Below, in pieces: positions 1-8,845 of a stretch of 64,000 nucleotides of DNA; position 1 is the first letter of the stretch, and the number at the start of each line of letters is the position of its first letter. A model generated the notes under the pieces. That model was given only the letters and a program-made list of their open reading frames with translations. It searched no databases and had not been told where the DNA came from. Source of the stretch: Capsulimonadaceae bacterium (GTDB lineage: Bacteria; Armatimonadota; Armatimonadia; Armatimonadales; Capsulimonadaceae); assembly GCA_965215505.1 (NCBI GenBank), contig OZ244065.1, positions 4,608,001 through 4,672,000 of the forward strand, in the 5' to 3' direction. A program made the translations under genes and the position numbers.

Positions 1-23
1 CTTCCCTTTCCGAGAGGTTTGTT

Positions 24-242
24 ATGACTCAACTGTTAGAACGCGCACACGCAGAAGTGGAACAGCTCGCGGAGCCGGATCAGGACGCGATTGCGGCCCT
101 GATCTTGGAGGAAGTGGAGGACGAGCGGCACTGGCAACGGTCATTCGCTCAGTCCCCGCAGGCATTAACGTGGCTGGCCGAGGAAGCATTGGCGGAGCAT
201 CGGGCGGGCTTGACCCAGCCTCTTGACCCGGAGCGGCTGTGA
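24..242 (+). CDS. Small acidic antitoxin-like protein (partner of a RelE/ParE-type toxin)
   Basis: 72 aa, GAGG RBS. The pattern DAIAALILEE..DERHWQRSFA..L..LAEEALAE resembles small type II antitoxins. Stop overlaps a toxin-like start (GTGA). Confidence 0.6.
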   Translation: MTQLLERAHAEVEQLAEPDQDAIAALILEEVEDERHWQRSFAQSPQALTWLAEEALAEHRAGLTQPLDPERL

Positions 243-343
243 CCTCCCGCACCACGGCGCGGTTCCGCGGAGCCTTCGCCGGGCTGCCGACGGCCGTACA
301 GGAGCAGGCGGTGACAGAAACGAATGACCCACAAACCTCCTAG
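239..343 (+). pseudogene. Truncated RelE/ParE-like toxin (N-terminal 34 aa)
   Basis: GTG start coupled to the upstream stop. MTSRTTARFRGAFAGLPTAVQEQA matches the start of RelE-like toxins, then unrelated sequence and TAG at 341-343. Confidence 0.6.
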
Positions 344-348
344 TTCGG

Positions 349-693
349 GTGGCGGACAACATGGCGACCTTCGAGGCGGGGATGCTCAACCGATGGACGC
401 CCTGCCGCCCTGATGAGCTGCCGACCATCCCGCTCGGCATCGCGCAGGTCCACGCCGACCTCCTGCTCATCCACCCATTCCGGGAGGGCAATGGACGATT
501 GGCACGGTGGCTGGCCGATCTGATGGCCGCCCAAGCGGGGATGTCGCCGCCCGAATACCGGTTTCGAGGGCGTGGTAGCCGGATGCAGAAAGCACGATAT
601 TTGGCTGCTGTCAAGGCCGGCTACAAAATGCGCTATGAAGAACTGGCTGCCTTTTTCGAGGCCGCCTTGCGCGTCGGTGCCTCCGGTCCCTGA
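349..693 (+). pseudogene. Fic-domain protein, C-terminal half (probably 5'-truncated)
   Basis: Intact Fic motif HPFREGNGRLAR. Only 114 aa, with an in-frame TGA at 325-327 upstream. Confidence 0.7.
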
Positions 694-818
694 ACCCCCG
701 ACGGCTTGATCCCCCGTGCCCCCTCAAAGGCGGAAGAGTCACGCGCATTGCGCTCCAGCAGGCGGCGGCGCACCTGTGGGTCGCGCAGGTAAGGGTTAGT
801 CTCAGACAGCGGCTTCAT
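633..818 (-). CDS. Small protein carrying the Fic-inhibitory (S/T)xxxE(G/N) motif; putative Fic antitoxin
   Basis: ATG at 818, 61 aa, ...ERNARDSSAFEGARG... Convergent with and overlapping the Fic gene. Confidence 0.55.
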   Translation of the reverse strand: MKPLSETNPYLRDPQVRRRLLERNARDSSAFEGARGIKPSGVQGPEAPTRKAASKKAASSS

Positions 819-968
819 ACTCAGATTATACCCGATGGGGCCACTGCTGACGATGAACTTGCTACGCGCCCACCTGCTCTGACGACACTGGCAGAGGCAT
901 CCACCCCTGAGACTGGCCGAGTTCCCCTCCTGGCCCACGAACACAGCAACCCCCCTCCACATCAAACG

Positions 969-1568
969 TCACCCGCCCAACACCCGCGACCGCTGTTCCC
1001 GGACCCGCTCGATGGCCTCGGCCAGCAGGGCGCGGTGGCCGGCGTCGTTGAGCCAGGTGCTGGCCCCCGACGAGTGGGGCAGGGGGATGTAGGTCGTGCC
1101 GTACAGGTCGAACGTGTGGCCGACGGCCTGTTCCAGCGACATGCGCGGCAGGAACGTGTCAACGGACATCTTGCCGAACAGGATCACGACGCGGGGCCGG
1201 ACGAGTTTCCACTGCGCGTCCAGCCATGGGCGGCAGTTCGCGCGCTCCTTCGGGGAGGGAGCGCGGTCCGTACTCTTGCCCGGCAGGCGGCCCGGAAAGC
1301 ACTTGGTCAGGGCCGTCATGTAGACCGTCGTGCCGATGTCTTCGGGCGTGAACCCGGCCTCGCACAGCCAGCCGATCAGCTTGCGGGCCGCCGGGCCGAG
1401 GTACATCCGGTCCCCGCGCAGGTCGCTCAGGCCGGGTGCCTGGCCGACGAGCAGGAAGGGGGCGGGGGCCTGTCCCCAGGCGAGCGGCGGCGGCGAGATG
1501 GGAAAGCCGTCCGCCTCGCAACGGCGGCAGGCGCGGATTTCGTCGTGGAGCAGTTCGAGTTCGATCAC
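969..1568 (-). CDS. Uracil-DNA glycosylase family protein (family 4/5-like)
   Basis: CRRC, GQAPG, TKCFPG, ERANCRPWL and LPHSSG motifs. GTG start at 1568 chosen over the longer ORF, which runs into a promoter. Confidence 0.85.
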   Translation of the reverse strand: MIELELLHDEIRACRRCEADGFPISPPPLAWGQAPAPFLLVGQAPGLSDLRGDRMYLGPAARKLIGWLCEAGFTPEDIGTTVYMTALTKCFPGRLPGKSTDRAPSPKERANCRPWLDAQWKLVRPRVVILFGKMSVDTFLPRMSLEQAVGHTFDLYGTTYIPLPHSSGASTWLNDAGHRALLAEAIERVREQRSRVLGG

Positions 1569-1603
1569 GAGAAGATTGTACCAGAAAGAATTCCGAGAAA
1601 CCG

Positions 1604-1648
1604 TTGACAGCGCATGTACGAACGTGCTACTATATTTTAACGCTGTTA
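1604..1648 (+). promoter_or_regulatory. Sigma70 promoter and TetR operator 1
   Basis: TTGACA 1604-1609, 18 bp spacer, TGnTACTAT 1625-1633, then palindrome TAAC-GCT-GTTA 1638-1648. Confidence 0.7.
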
Positions 1649-1670
1649 GAAAATAAACCGAGGTTAAGAG

Positions 1671-2285
1671 TTGGGCGTCAAAGAACGGCGGGAAAGGCAG
1701 AAACAAGAAACGCGCGAAGGCATCCTCGCCGCCGCGCGCAAAGTCGCCCGCGAGAGCGGATGGGGGGCGGTCACCATCCGCCGCGTGGCCGAGATGATCG
1801 AATACAGCCCCCCGATCATCTATGAATACTTCGCGAGTAAAGATGCTCTTTTGGGCGACGTTCAGCGGATCGGCTTCGACCTGCTGGCAGACGCGATGCG
1901 CGCGTCAGGGAATGGGGTTGCCGACCCGGCCGAGCGCATGGCGCAGATGGGCCGAGCCTACTGGCGGTTCGCCCACGAGTCCCCCGAACTTTTTCAGGTC
2001 ATGCACGGCTGGGACAGCACGGCCGTGCCGATGGAGCGAACGCTTGCCGGAGCGCGCAAGTCGGCCGCCGTCGTATATGAGGCCCTGGAAGACTGGGCGC
2101 GGGCGGAGGGAGTCACCCTGCACGACCCCCAGGGGGCGGTCGAGACGCTGTGGGCGCTGCTGCACGGCCTGATTACGGTGGGGATGTTGGACCGGGTGGG
2201 CGGAGGCCCGGAGCGGGCGGAGGGCCTGGCAGTGCAGGCGCTCCAGGATCTGCTATTCGCCTGGCGCAGCAGAGGCAGCCGGTAG
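1671..2285 (+). CDS. TetR/AcrR family regulator (WHG-type C-terminal domain)
   Basis: HTH VTIRRVAEMIEYSPPIIYEYFASKDALL; C-terminal WALLHG. Confidence 0.9.
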   Translation: MGVKERRERQKQETREGILAAARKVARESGWGAVTIRRVAEMIEYSPPIIYEYFASKDALLGDVQRIGFDLLADAMRASGNGVADPAERMAQMGRAYWRFAHESPELFQVMHGWDSTAVPMERTLAGARKSAAVVYEALEDWARAEGVTLHDPQGAVETLWALLHGLITVGMLDRVGGGPERAEGLAVQALQDLLFAWRSRGSR

Positions 2286-2308
2286 CCTCTTTTTATTTGC
2301 GCCTATAT

Positions 2309-2319
2309 TAACAGCGTTA
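2309..2319. promoter_or_regulatory. TetR operator 2
   Basis: TAACAGCGTTA, the exact reverse complement of the 1638-1648 site, in an AT-rich spacer before the epimerase. Confidence 0.65.
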
Positions 2320-2351
2320 GATTTTATTACTTCAATCAGAAGGAGAAGCAC

Positions 2352-3347
2352 ATGGACACCCTCAACAATCACCGAAGCGAACTGCACGTCATTTTCGGCA
2401 CCGGGCCGGTCGGCCTGACATTGGCCGATGAACTGCTGGCGCGGGGCAAAAAGGTCCGCATCGTCAGTCGCAGCGGCAAGGCTGCCACCCCTGCCGGTGC
2501 CGAGGTGCGGGCCGCCGACGCCACCGACCCCGACGCCGTGACGGAACTCTGCCGGGGCGCGGCCGTCGCCTATCACTGCATGAACGTCCCCTATGCCCAG
2601 CAGTACGAGGTCATCCCCCGGATGCAGCGGGCCATGATCGCGGGGGCCGGCGCGGCGGGGGCCATCCTCGTCATCACAGACACCCTGTACATGTACGGCG
2701 AGACGCACGGCAAAGTCATCACCGAGGACACCCCCCACGCCGGGACGACGCGCAAGGGGAGGATGCGCGGCCAGGTCGCCGCCGACTACCTCCGGGCGCA
2801 CCAAGAAGGCCAGGTGAAAGTCGCGCTGGGCCGGGCCGCCGACTTCTTCGGCCCGCGCGTATTCAACTCGTCGCTCGGCGACCGCGTTTTCCCGCCCGCG
2901 CTGGCCGGGAAGGCGGCCCAGGTGGTCGGCGATCCGGGCCTGCCGCACTCCTTCAGCTACATGAAGGACGTGGCGCGCGGCCTGGCGACATTGGGCGAGC
3001 GCCCCGAGGCCCTGGGGCGCGACTGGCTGCTGCCGGTCGCCCCCGCCGTTTCGACGCGCGAGATGATGCGCCTGATCGGGGAGGCCGCCGGGTGCCCGGC
3101 CCGCGTACAGGTCGTCCCGAAGTTCGTCATTCAGGCGATGGGGCTGTTCGACCCGCAGGCGCGCGAGTTCGTCGAGATGCTGTACCAATACACCGAGCCG
3201 CAGATCGTTGACTCCAGCCGGTTCGAGGCCGCCTTCGGCTGGAAGGCGACGCCGCTGGCCGAGGCCATCCCGGCGACGGTGGCCTGGTTCAAGGCGTCCG
3301 CCGCGCAGAAGGCACCGTCGGTGCCGGCCGCGGCGGCTACCCGTTGA
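2352..3347 (+). CDS. NAD-dependent epimerase/dehydratase (atypical SDR)
   Basis: VIFGTGPVG Rossmann motif, RAADFFGP, strong AAGGAG RBS. Confidence 0.85.
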   Translation: MDTLNNHRSELHVIFGTGPVGLTLADELLARGKKVRIVSRSGKAATPAGAEVRAADATDPDAVTELCRGAAVAYHCMNVPYAQQYEVIPRMQRAMIAGAGAAGAILVITDTLYMYGETHGKVITEDTPHAGTTRKGRMRGQVAADYLRAHQEGQVKVALGRAADFFGPRVFNSSLGDRVFPPALAGKAAQVVGDPGLPHSFSYMKDVARGLATLGERPEALGRDWLLPVAPAVSTREMMRLIGEAAGCPARVQVVPKFVIQAMGLFDPQAREFVEMLYQYTEPQIVDSSRFEAAFGWKATPLAEAIPATVAWFKASAAQKAPSVPAAAATR

Positions 3348-3409
3348 CCTGATCGAGCCGCCCGCGCCTTGCTAATCTGCCCCCTCTTGTGTTACACTAT
3401 GGATTGTCT

Positions 3410-4408
3410 ATGAACACGACCGGGGAAGAAGCAGAGCGCGTCCTGCGGGACGCGCTGGGCGACGCGCTCAAATGCGGCGAGCCGATGGCGCGGCACACGA
3501 CCCTGAAAGTCGGCGGCCCGGCCCGCTGGTTCTGGGGGGCTACGGACGTCGAGGCGCTGGCGCGTGTCCTGGGCGTCTGCGCCCGGCACTGCATCCCGTA
3601 CCTGTTCATCGGGCACGGGTCCAACCTGCTGATGAGCGATGCCGGGTACGACGGCCTGGTCATCCAGAACCGCTGCAAGGGGTGCGAGGTCGGCGAGGAG
3701 ACGCGGGCCGAGAGCGGCGTCTCCTTCGGGTCGCTGTTTTTGCAGACCGCGCGGGCCGGGTTCCGGGGCCTGGAGTGGGCCATCGGCATCCCCGGCACGG
3801 TGGGCGGCGCTCTGGTCAGCAATGCCGGGGCGTACCGGGGCAACATCGGGCCGCTCGTGCGCTCGGTGCGGGTCTTCGCGGACGGGGAGGACCAGACGGT
3901 CGGCCCCGAGTGGATGGAGTTTTCCTACCGCGACAGCCGCCTGCGCCGGGAGGGCGTCGGCAGCGCCGTCATACTCTCCTGCCTGCTGCACCTGTCCGAG
4001 CGGGGCGACCCGGACGCGATTTTGGCGCACGCCAAGGAATACCAGGCCCAGCGGCGGGCGAAGCAGCCCTACGCGCCCTCGGCGGGGTCCTTCTTCAAGA
4101 ACGTCATTGACCACGCCCTGGCCGAGAGCCTGCCGCACCTGCCTGCGGGCATGAAGGCGGCGGGAGTCGTCCCGGCGGGCTTCCTCAGCGAAGCCTGCGG
4201 CCTGAAGGGGCTGACCGTCGGCGGCGCGCAGGTGTCGGAGAAGCACGCGAACTTCCTCGTCAACGCCAATGGCGCGACCGCCTCGGATCTGCGGACACTG
4301 GCGGGCCGGGTCCGGGCGGCCGTGTCGGAGCGGTTCGGCGTGACCCTGGAAGAAGAAGTGCTTTACGTCGGCGATTGGAAGGATTGGTCCGAAAAGGCGA
4401 AAGAATGA
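3410..4408 (+). CDS. murB: UDP-N-acetylenolpyruvoylglucosamine reductase
   Basis: HTTLKVGGPA, GHGSNLL, GIPGTVGGA..NAGAY, SAGSFFKN, VSEKHANF and LEEEV motifs. Confidence 0.95.
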   Translation: MNTTGEEAERVLRDALGDALKCGEPMARHTTLKVGGPARWFWGATDVEALARVLGVCARHCIPYLFIGHGSNLLMSDAGYDGLVIQNRCKGCEVGEETRAESGVSFGSLFLQTARAGFRGLEWAIGIPGTVGGALVSNAGAYRGNIGPLVRSVRVFADGEDQTVGPEWMEFSYRDSRLRREGVGSAVILSCLLHLSERGDPDAILAHAKEYQAQRRAKQPYAPSAGSFFKNVIDHALAESLPHLPAGMKAAGVVPAGFLSEACGLKGLTVGGAQVSEKHANFLVNANGATASDLRTLAGRVRAAVSERFGVTLEEEVLYVGDWKDWSEKAKE

Positions 4409-5013
4409 TTGTACAAAGTCCCGAGCGAATAACCGATAGAGTATCCGTGGAGAACAAACCTTTCTTGAAACCTTACCTGGTTCGGCACGGCCGCGCCCTG
4501 ACGGGCGTCGTCTTCTGCGTCGCCGCCCTGCTGGCCGCCGCCCTCGCCGGCGGCTTCGACCGGCGGGTGAAGAGCGCGGACGTGCTGGGCGGCAAGTGGA
4601 GCGCCGACATCGCCTGGACCTCCGCCTCAGGCCGGGCCTACAACAAGACCATGCACACCGCCCTCTTCTTCCTGCCCGGCGGCGTGGCGGGGACGGTGAT
4701 CACCTTCCCGACCGGGGCGATCGGCGGGGCGGGGACCTACACGCTGAAGAACGGCCGCCTGACGATCCGCTGCACGGGCCTGAACCTCGACGGCCATTCC
4801 GTGCCTATGACCCCCTACGCCAAGTCGCCCTGGTTCCACGACACCGTCACCTACACCGTCCACGGAACCGGCGACAGCCTGATGCTTTCGCCGGTCGCCT
4901 ACGGCCCGACCTCGGCCCCCTGCTACCCCCTGCTGGCCTCCTCCTCGCCCCTGGTGTTCAGCCGCGTCGAGAGGTCTGACGTGCCGGAAGACGCGCCCGC
5001 GCCGAAGGAGTAG
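4405..5013 (+). CDS. Hypothetical membrane-anchored or exported protein
   Basis: ATGA-coupled to murB; N-terminal hydrophobic helix; GC3-rich codon use. Confidence 0.7.
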   Translation: MIVQSPERITDRVSVENKPFLKPYLVRHGRALTGVVFCVAALLAAALAGGFDRRVKSADVLGGKWSADIAWTSASGRAYNKTMHTALFFLPGGVAGTVITFPTGAIGGAGTYTLKNGRLTIRCTGLNLDGHSVPMTPYAKSPWFHDTVTYTVHGTGDSLMLSPVAYGPTSAPCYPLLASSSPLVFSRVERSDVPEDAPAPKE

Positions 5014-5041
5014 GGGAGAGAACCGGCGCTGAACCGCCGAT

Positions 5042-5102
5042 CTACACGGATGGGCCGCCCGCTTCGCGGCTTCGGACTTTAGGGGCACGATTCATCGCGC
5101 CC
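5042..5102. repeat. Degenerate palindromic repeat plus GTAG-type REP
   Basis: 5042-5076 resembles the arm at 8617-8650. 5079-5102 TTAGGGGCACGATTCATCGCGCCC resembles the REPs at 23830 and 47362. Confidence 0.65.
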
Positions 5103-5260
5103 ACTTTTCCTGCCGCGCCTTCTGCTGCCGCCGGGCCTTCTCCTGCCACCCGAACTTTCCCCCAGCCTCGCGTGTTCTCTCTGTGTTCCCTTGACCCGTT
5201 CGCCGGGTACAATGGAGCAAGTATTGCCCGCATTGACGCGGCGCATGGAAAGCAGGCACT

Positions 5261-6703
5261 TTGGCACTAGACAGCGTGGTCGGGACGCGGCGCGGGGGCG
5301 CGTCGGAGCATTCACAGGAGCATTCGGAAGACGGGATCGGGCCGCTGCCCGGCGTGACGGAGCCGGAAGAAACGGGCCGGAGCCTGCACCGGGCGGTGTG
5401 GATGCTGGCCTGGCCCTCCGTGCTGACCATGCTGCTCCAAACGCTCAACTCCTTCACGGATCGCTTCTTCGTCGGCCACCTCGGCTCGGACGCCCTGGCC
5501 GCCGTGGGCGTCGGCGGGCAGTTCATGTTCCTGCTGTTCTCGGTCGGCATGTCTATCTCGGTCGGCACGTCCGCCCTCGTCGCCCGGTTCACCGGCGCGA
5601 AGGAAGCCGACCAGGCGACCCTGGCGGCCAATCAGTCCGTCTGGATCGCCCTGCTGTCCGCCTTCGTCTGCATGGCGCTGGTCTGGCCGCTGCGGCATCT
5701 GGTCGTCGGCTGGATGGGAGTCAACTCCCACGCGGCGGGCCTGTGCGTCCAGTACCTCACCGTCACACTCCTCGGCATTCCCGCTCTGTTCCTGATGCTG
5801 ATCCTGAGCAGCGTCTTCCGTGGCCTGGGCGACACGGTGACGCCTCTGCGCGTCATGATCGGGGTCAACATCATCCACCTCGGCGGCGACTGGCTCCTGA
5901 TCTTCGGCAATTGGGGCTTCCCCCGGATGGGCCTGGTTGGCGGCGCGACCGCCCTGATCGCCTCGCAGGTCATCGGCGCGCTGCTCTACCTCTGGTTCCT
6001 GCGCGACTCGCCGGTGCGCGGGCTGATGACCCGGCTGAAGCGCCTGGACATGGAGTGGGCGCGGCGCATCCTGAACATTGGCCTGCCCGCCGCCGGTCAG
6101 AACCTTTCGCGCGTCCTGTCCATGATGATCTTCACCGGCGTTCTGGCCCGCTCCCCGCAAGCGACGGCGGCCGTGGCCGCCCTGACCATCGGGCTGACAT
6201 CCGAAAGCATCGCCTTCATGCCCGGCTTCGCCTTCTCCATGGCCGCCTCCACGCTGACCGGCCAGAACCTGGGCGCGGGCAAGCCGGACCGGGCCGAGCG
6301 GGCGGCCTGGGCCGCCCTGCTGCAAGGGCTGGTCGTGATGGTCTTCATGGGCGCGGTCTTCTTCACGTTCGCGACGCCCTTCGCGCACATCTTCACCCAT
6401 GACCCCAAGGTGGTCCCGCTCGCCGTCGCCTACCTCCGCATCGCCGCCCTGTCCGAGCCGTTCCTTGCCCTGGGCATGATCCTGACCGGCGCGCTCAACG
6501 GGGCGGGCGACACCAAAGCCCCCGCGCTGGCCGGCATCGTGACCATGTGGGTGGTCCGCCTGCCGGTCGCCTGGCTCGCCATCTATACCCTGGGCTACGG
6601 TGCCGTCGGCGCGTGGTGGGCGATGTCCCTCTCCACGGCCCTCAGCGGACTGGCCGCCCTCGCCCTGTTCAAGTGGGGGCGCTGGAAGCAGACGGTGGTG
6701 TAG
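5261..6703 (+). CDS. MATE family efflux transporter
   Basis: About 12 TM helices; LAWPSV..D.FFVGHLG.DALAAVG, RGLGDTVTP, GQNLGAGK, GAGDTK. Confidence 0.92.
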   Translation: MALDSVVGTRRGGASEHSQEHSEDGIGPLPGVTEPEETGRSLHRAVWMLAWPSVLTMLLQTLNSFTDRFFVGHLGSDALAAVGVGGQFMFLLFSVGMSISVGTSALVARFTGAKEADQATLAANQSVWIALLSAFVCMALVWPLRHLVVGWMGVNSHAAGLCVQYLTVTLLGIPALFLMLILSSVFRGLGDTVTPLRVMIGVNIIHLGGDWLLIFGNWGFPRMGLVGGATALIASQVIGALLYLWFLRDSPVRGLMTRLKRLDMEWARRILNIGLPAAGQNLSRVLSMMIFTGVLARSPQATAAVAALTIGLTSESIAFMPGFAFSMAASTLTGQNLGAGKPDRAERAAWAALLQGLVVMVFMGAVFFTFATPFAHIFTHDPKVVPLAVAYLRIAALSEPFLALGMILTGALNGAGDTKAPALAGIVTMWVVRLPVAWLAIYTLGYGAVGAWWAMSLSTALSGLAALALFKWGRWKQTVV

Positions 6704-6721
6704 AACACGTCTCTGAAGGGC

Positions 6722-6755
6722 AAAAAGCGGCCCGTCAGTCTTGCTGACGGGCCGC
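6722..6755 (-). terminator. Intrinsic terminator (U-tract on minus strand; possibly bidirectional)
   Basis: Perfect 12-bp stem GCGGCCCGTCAG/CTGACGGGCCGC preceded by A5. Confidence 0.75.
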
Positions 6756-7317
6756 CTCACGGAAGGGTATTCAGTTGCGAAAAGGGCCGAGGGAACAAAA
6801 GGACGTTTCCTACGCGGCCCGTCCCCGAGACGCTTGATTACGTCCCGCGTTAAACTCGGTGCCGGTGGGCCTCACGCCTTGGATGGTGCGCGGACGGCAG
6901 CGGCAAGGGACTGGGGCCAGGCCGGTCGGAAACCCTGGGGCGATTCCAGGGCGGTCATCTCAGGGCTGAGGCGGCCCGCGCTCCGGGAGCGGGGCATCGT
7001 AATGGAACTCTGAAAGCCGGTGAACGTGCATCTCATCCTCCGCAGCAGTCTGGAGCCGGCCCGTGGGGGCGGCGACAACACGACGGGATTTTCGGACGCT
7101 CGAACAACCTCCCTTTAATGGCGATGACACTACTGTACCCGAAAAACAATGTTTTGTTGTGATTGCGACAAAGATAACTTAAAGTCTCCACCCCTGGTAA
7201 ATGTGGGGGCGTTCGTGTCATAATGGATGTGGAATGAACAAGACCGGCACTGAAGCCGGCGCTCCGAGGGGGATGGGCCTCTTTCACTCGCTCCGCTTTT
7301 CCGAGAAAGGACCCAGA

Positions 7318-8331
7318 ATGACCAAGACCATCATCGCCGCCGCCGTGGCGGCCCTCTTCCTATCCGCCGGATTCTCCACCCGCGCTTCGGCGTGGGGGAA
7401 GACCGGGCACGTCTACGCCAACAGCGCCGCCGTCGGGACGCTGCCGCCGGACACCTCGCTCGCCAAGTTCTTCGGCGCGAACCAGGCCTTCCTCGCCGCC
7501 CACAGCAGCGACCCCGACGACTGGCGCGGGAAACTGCAAGTCGCGGGCGAAGGCCCACACCACTTCATTGACCTGGACGCCTACGGCACACCCTCCGACT
7601 TCGCCCTGCTCAACCTGCCCGTCAAGCGGGCGGACGCCGACGCCAAGTTCGGACACGACCTGGTGGAGAGCAAGGGCACGGTGGACTGGACCATTGAACT
7701 GTGGACCAGCCGCCTGGCCGACGCCATGAAGGGCACCGACCCCGACCTGATCCTGGCCGACGCCGCCGTACTGGGCCACTATGTCGCCGACTCCCACGTC
7801 CCCTTCCACGCCTCGGTCAACTATGACGGGCAGCAATCCGGTCAGCAGGGCATCCACGCCCGCTTCGAGTCGCAGATGGTCGAGAACACCATCAAGCTTT
7901 CCGACTTGACCCCTGCCCCGGCCCAGCCGATCACGGACATCCTCGGCGCGGCCCGCCTCTGGTCCGGCCAGAGCGTGGACCTCGTGCCGACGGTCTTGCA
8001 GGCCGACATCGAGGCCCGCGTCCAGGCGGCGATGGCCGGTAAAGCCGTCCCCGACGCCGGCCCACTGCCGGCCGCAAACGCCGGTGCGCGCCGCCCGCTT
8101 CCCAAAGACGGCAGCCCCGCCCCCGATTACTACACGGACAACCCCGTCTACTGGAAGACCTTCAGCGCCATCGCCCGCCCCATCGCGCTGGCCCGCCTGA
8201 ACGCCTCCGCCACGCACCTGGGCAGCGTCTGGCTTACCGCCTGGCAGCGCGCCGGCTCGCCCGACCTGTCCAAGCTGAAGGCCCCAACGGCAAATGTGCC
8301 GGTGCCTGTCGCGGACCCGGACGCGAAGTAG
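7318..8331 (+). CDS. Secreted S1/P1 nuclease / zinc-dependent phospholipase C family protein
   Basis: Signal peptide ending ASA, then WGKTGH; zinc-ligand motifs PDDWR, HHFIDLD, GHYVADSHVPFH, IHARFES. Confidence 0.85.
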   Translation: MTKTIIAAAVAALFLSAGFSTRASAWGKTGHVYANSAAVGTLPPDTSLAKFFGANQAFLAAHSSDPDDWRGKLQVAGEGPHHFIDLDAYGTPSDFALLNLPVKRADADAKFGHDLVESKGTVDWTIELWTSRLADAMKGTDPDLILADAAVLGHYVADSHVPFHASVNYDGQQSGQQGIHARFESQMVENTIKLSDLTPAPAQPITDILGAARLWSGQSVDLVPTVLQADIEARVQAAMAGKAVPDAGPLPAANAGARRPLPKDGSPAPDYYTDNPVYWKTFSAIARPIALARLNASATHLGSVWLTAWQRAGSPDLSKLKAPTANVPVPVADPDAK

Positions 8332-8450
8332 CATATAAAAAAGTAGCATATAAAAAAGAAGGCGGCCCCCCAATCTCGGGAGGCCGCCCGCTTTTTCTCT
8401 GCTATACTAGGCGCATGGCATCTGGGATTATCCCCAGCGACGGTTGGTAT

Positions 8451-8496
8451 TGGTGCAAGCGGTGCTTGCACCATGGTGCAAGCGGTGCTTGCACCA
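8451..8496. repeat. Tandem duplication of a 23-bp hairpin
   Basis: TGGTGCAAGC-GGT-GCTTGCACCA twice, exact (8451-8473, 8474-8496). Confidence 0.9.
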
Positions 8497-8616
8497 ATAT
8501 GGGCCTACCCTGCGTGGGACGCTGCCCTGCTCCCTTTAGTGCAGCAGGCGGCTGCACTAATCGGGTGCAAGCCGTCAGGCCCTTCGCCTGAGCCTCGCCT
8601 GGCCTTTAGGCAAGGC

Positions 8617-8750
8617 CTACTCGGATGGGCCGCCCCTTCGGGGCTTCGGAAGAAAAACGCAGAGAGGAAAAGAGGGCGCGGCAAACAGCGCCCCTACGAT
8701 CCCCCGGCAGGCATCATCCGAAGCCCCGTAGGGGCGGCCCATCCGAGTAG
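8617..8750. repeat. REPIN-like element: 34-bp inverted repeats enclosing a GTAG-type REP
   Basis: 8617-8650 and 8717-8750 are reverse complements with 1 mismatch. A reversed REP GTAGGGGCGCTGTTTGCCGCGCCC lies at 8674-8697. Confidence 0.8.
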
Positions 8751-8845
8751 ACCGGCGGTTCAGCGCCGGGACGATTCCGTGCGAGAGGTCCAATCACGCA
8801 ATAGCCTGTTGCGTGAACCCATAATGGAACCAACGCGCCCCGCCA

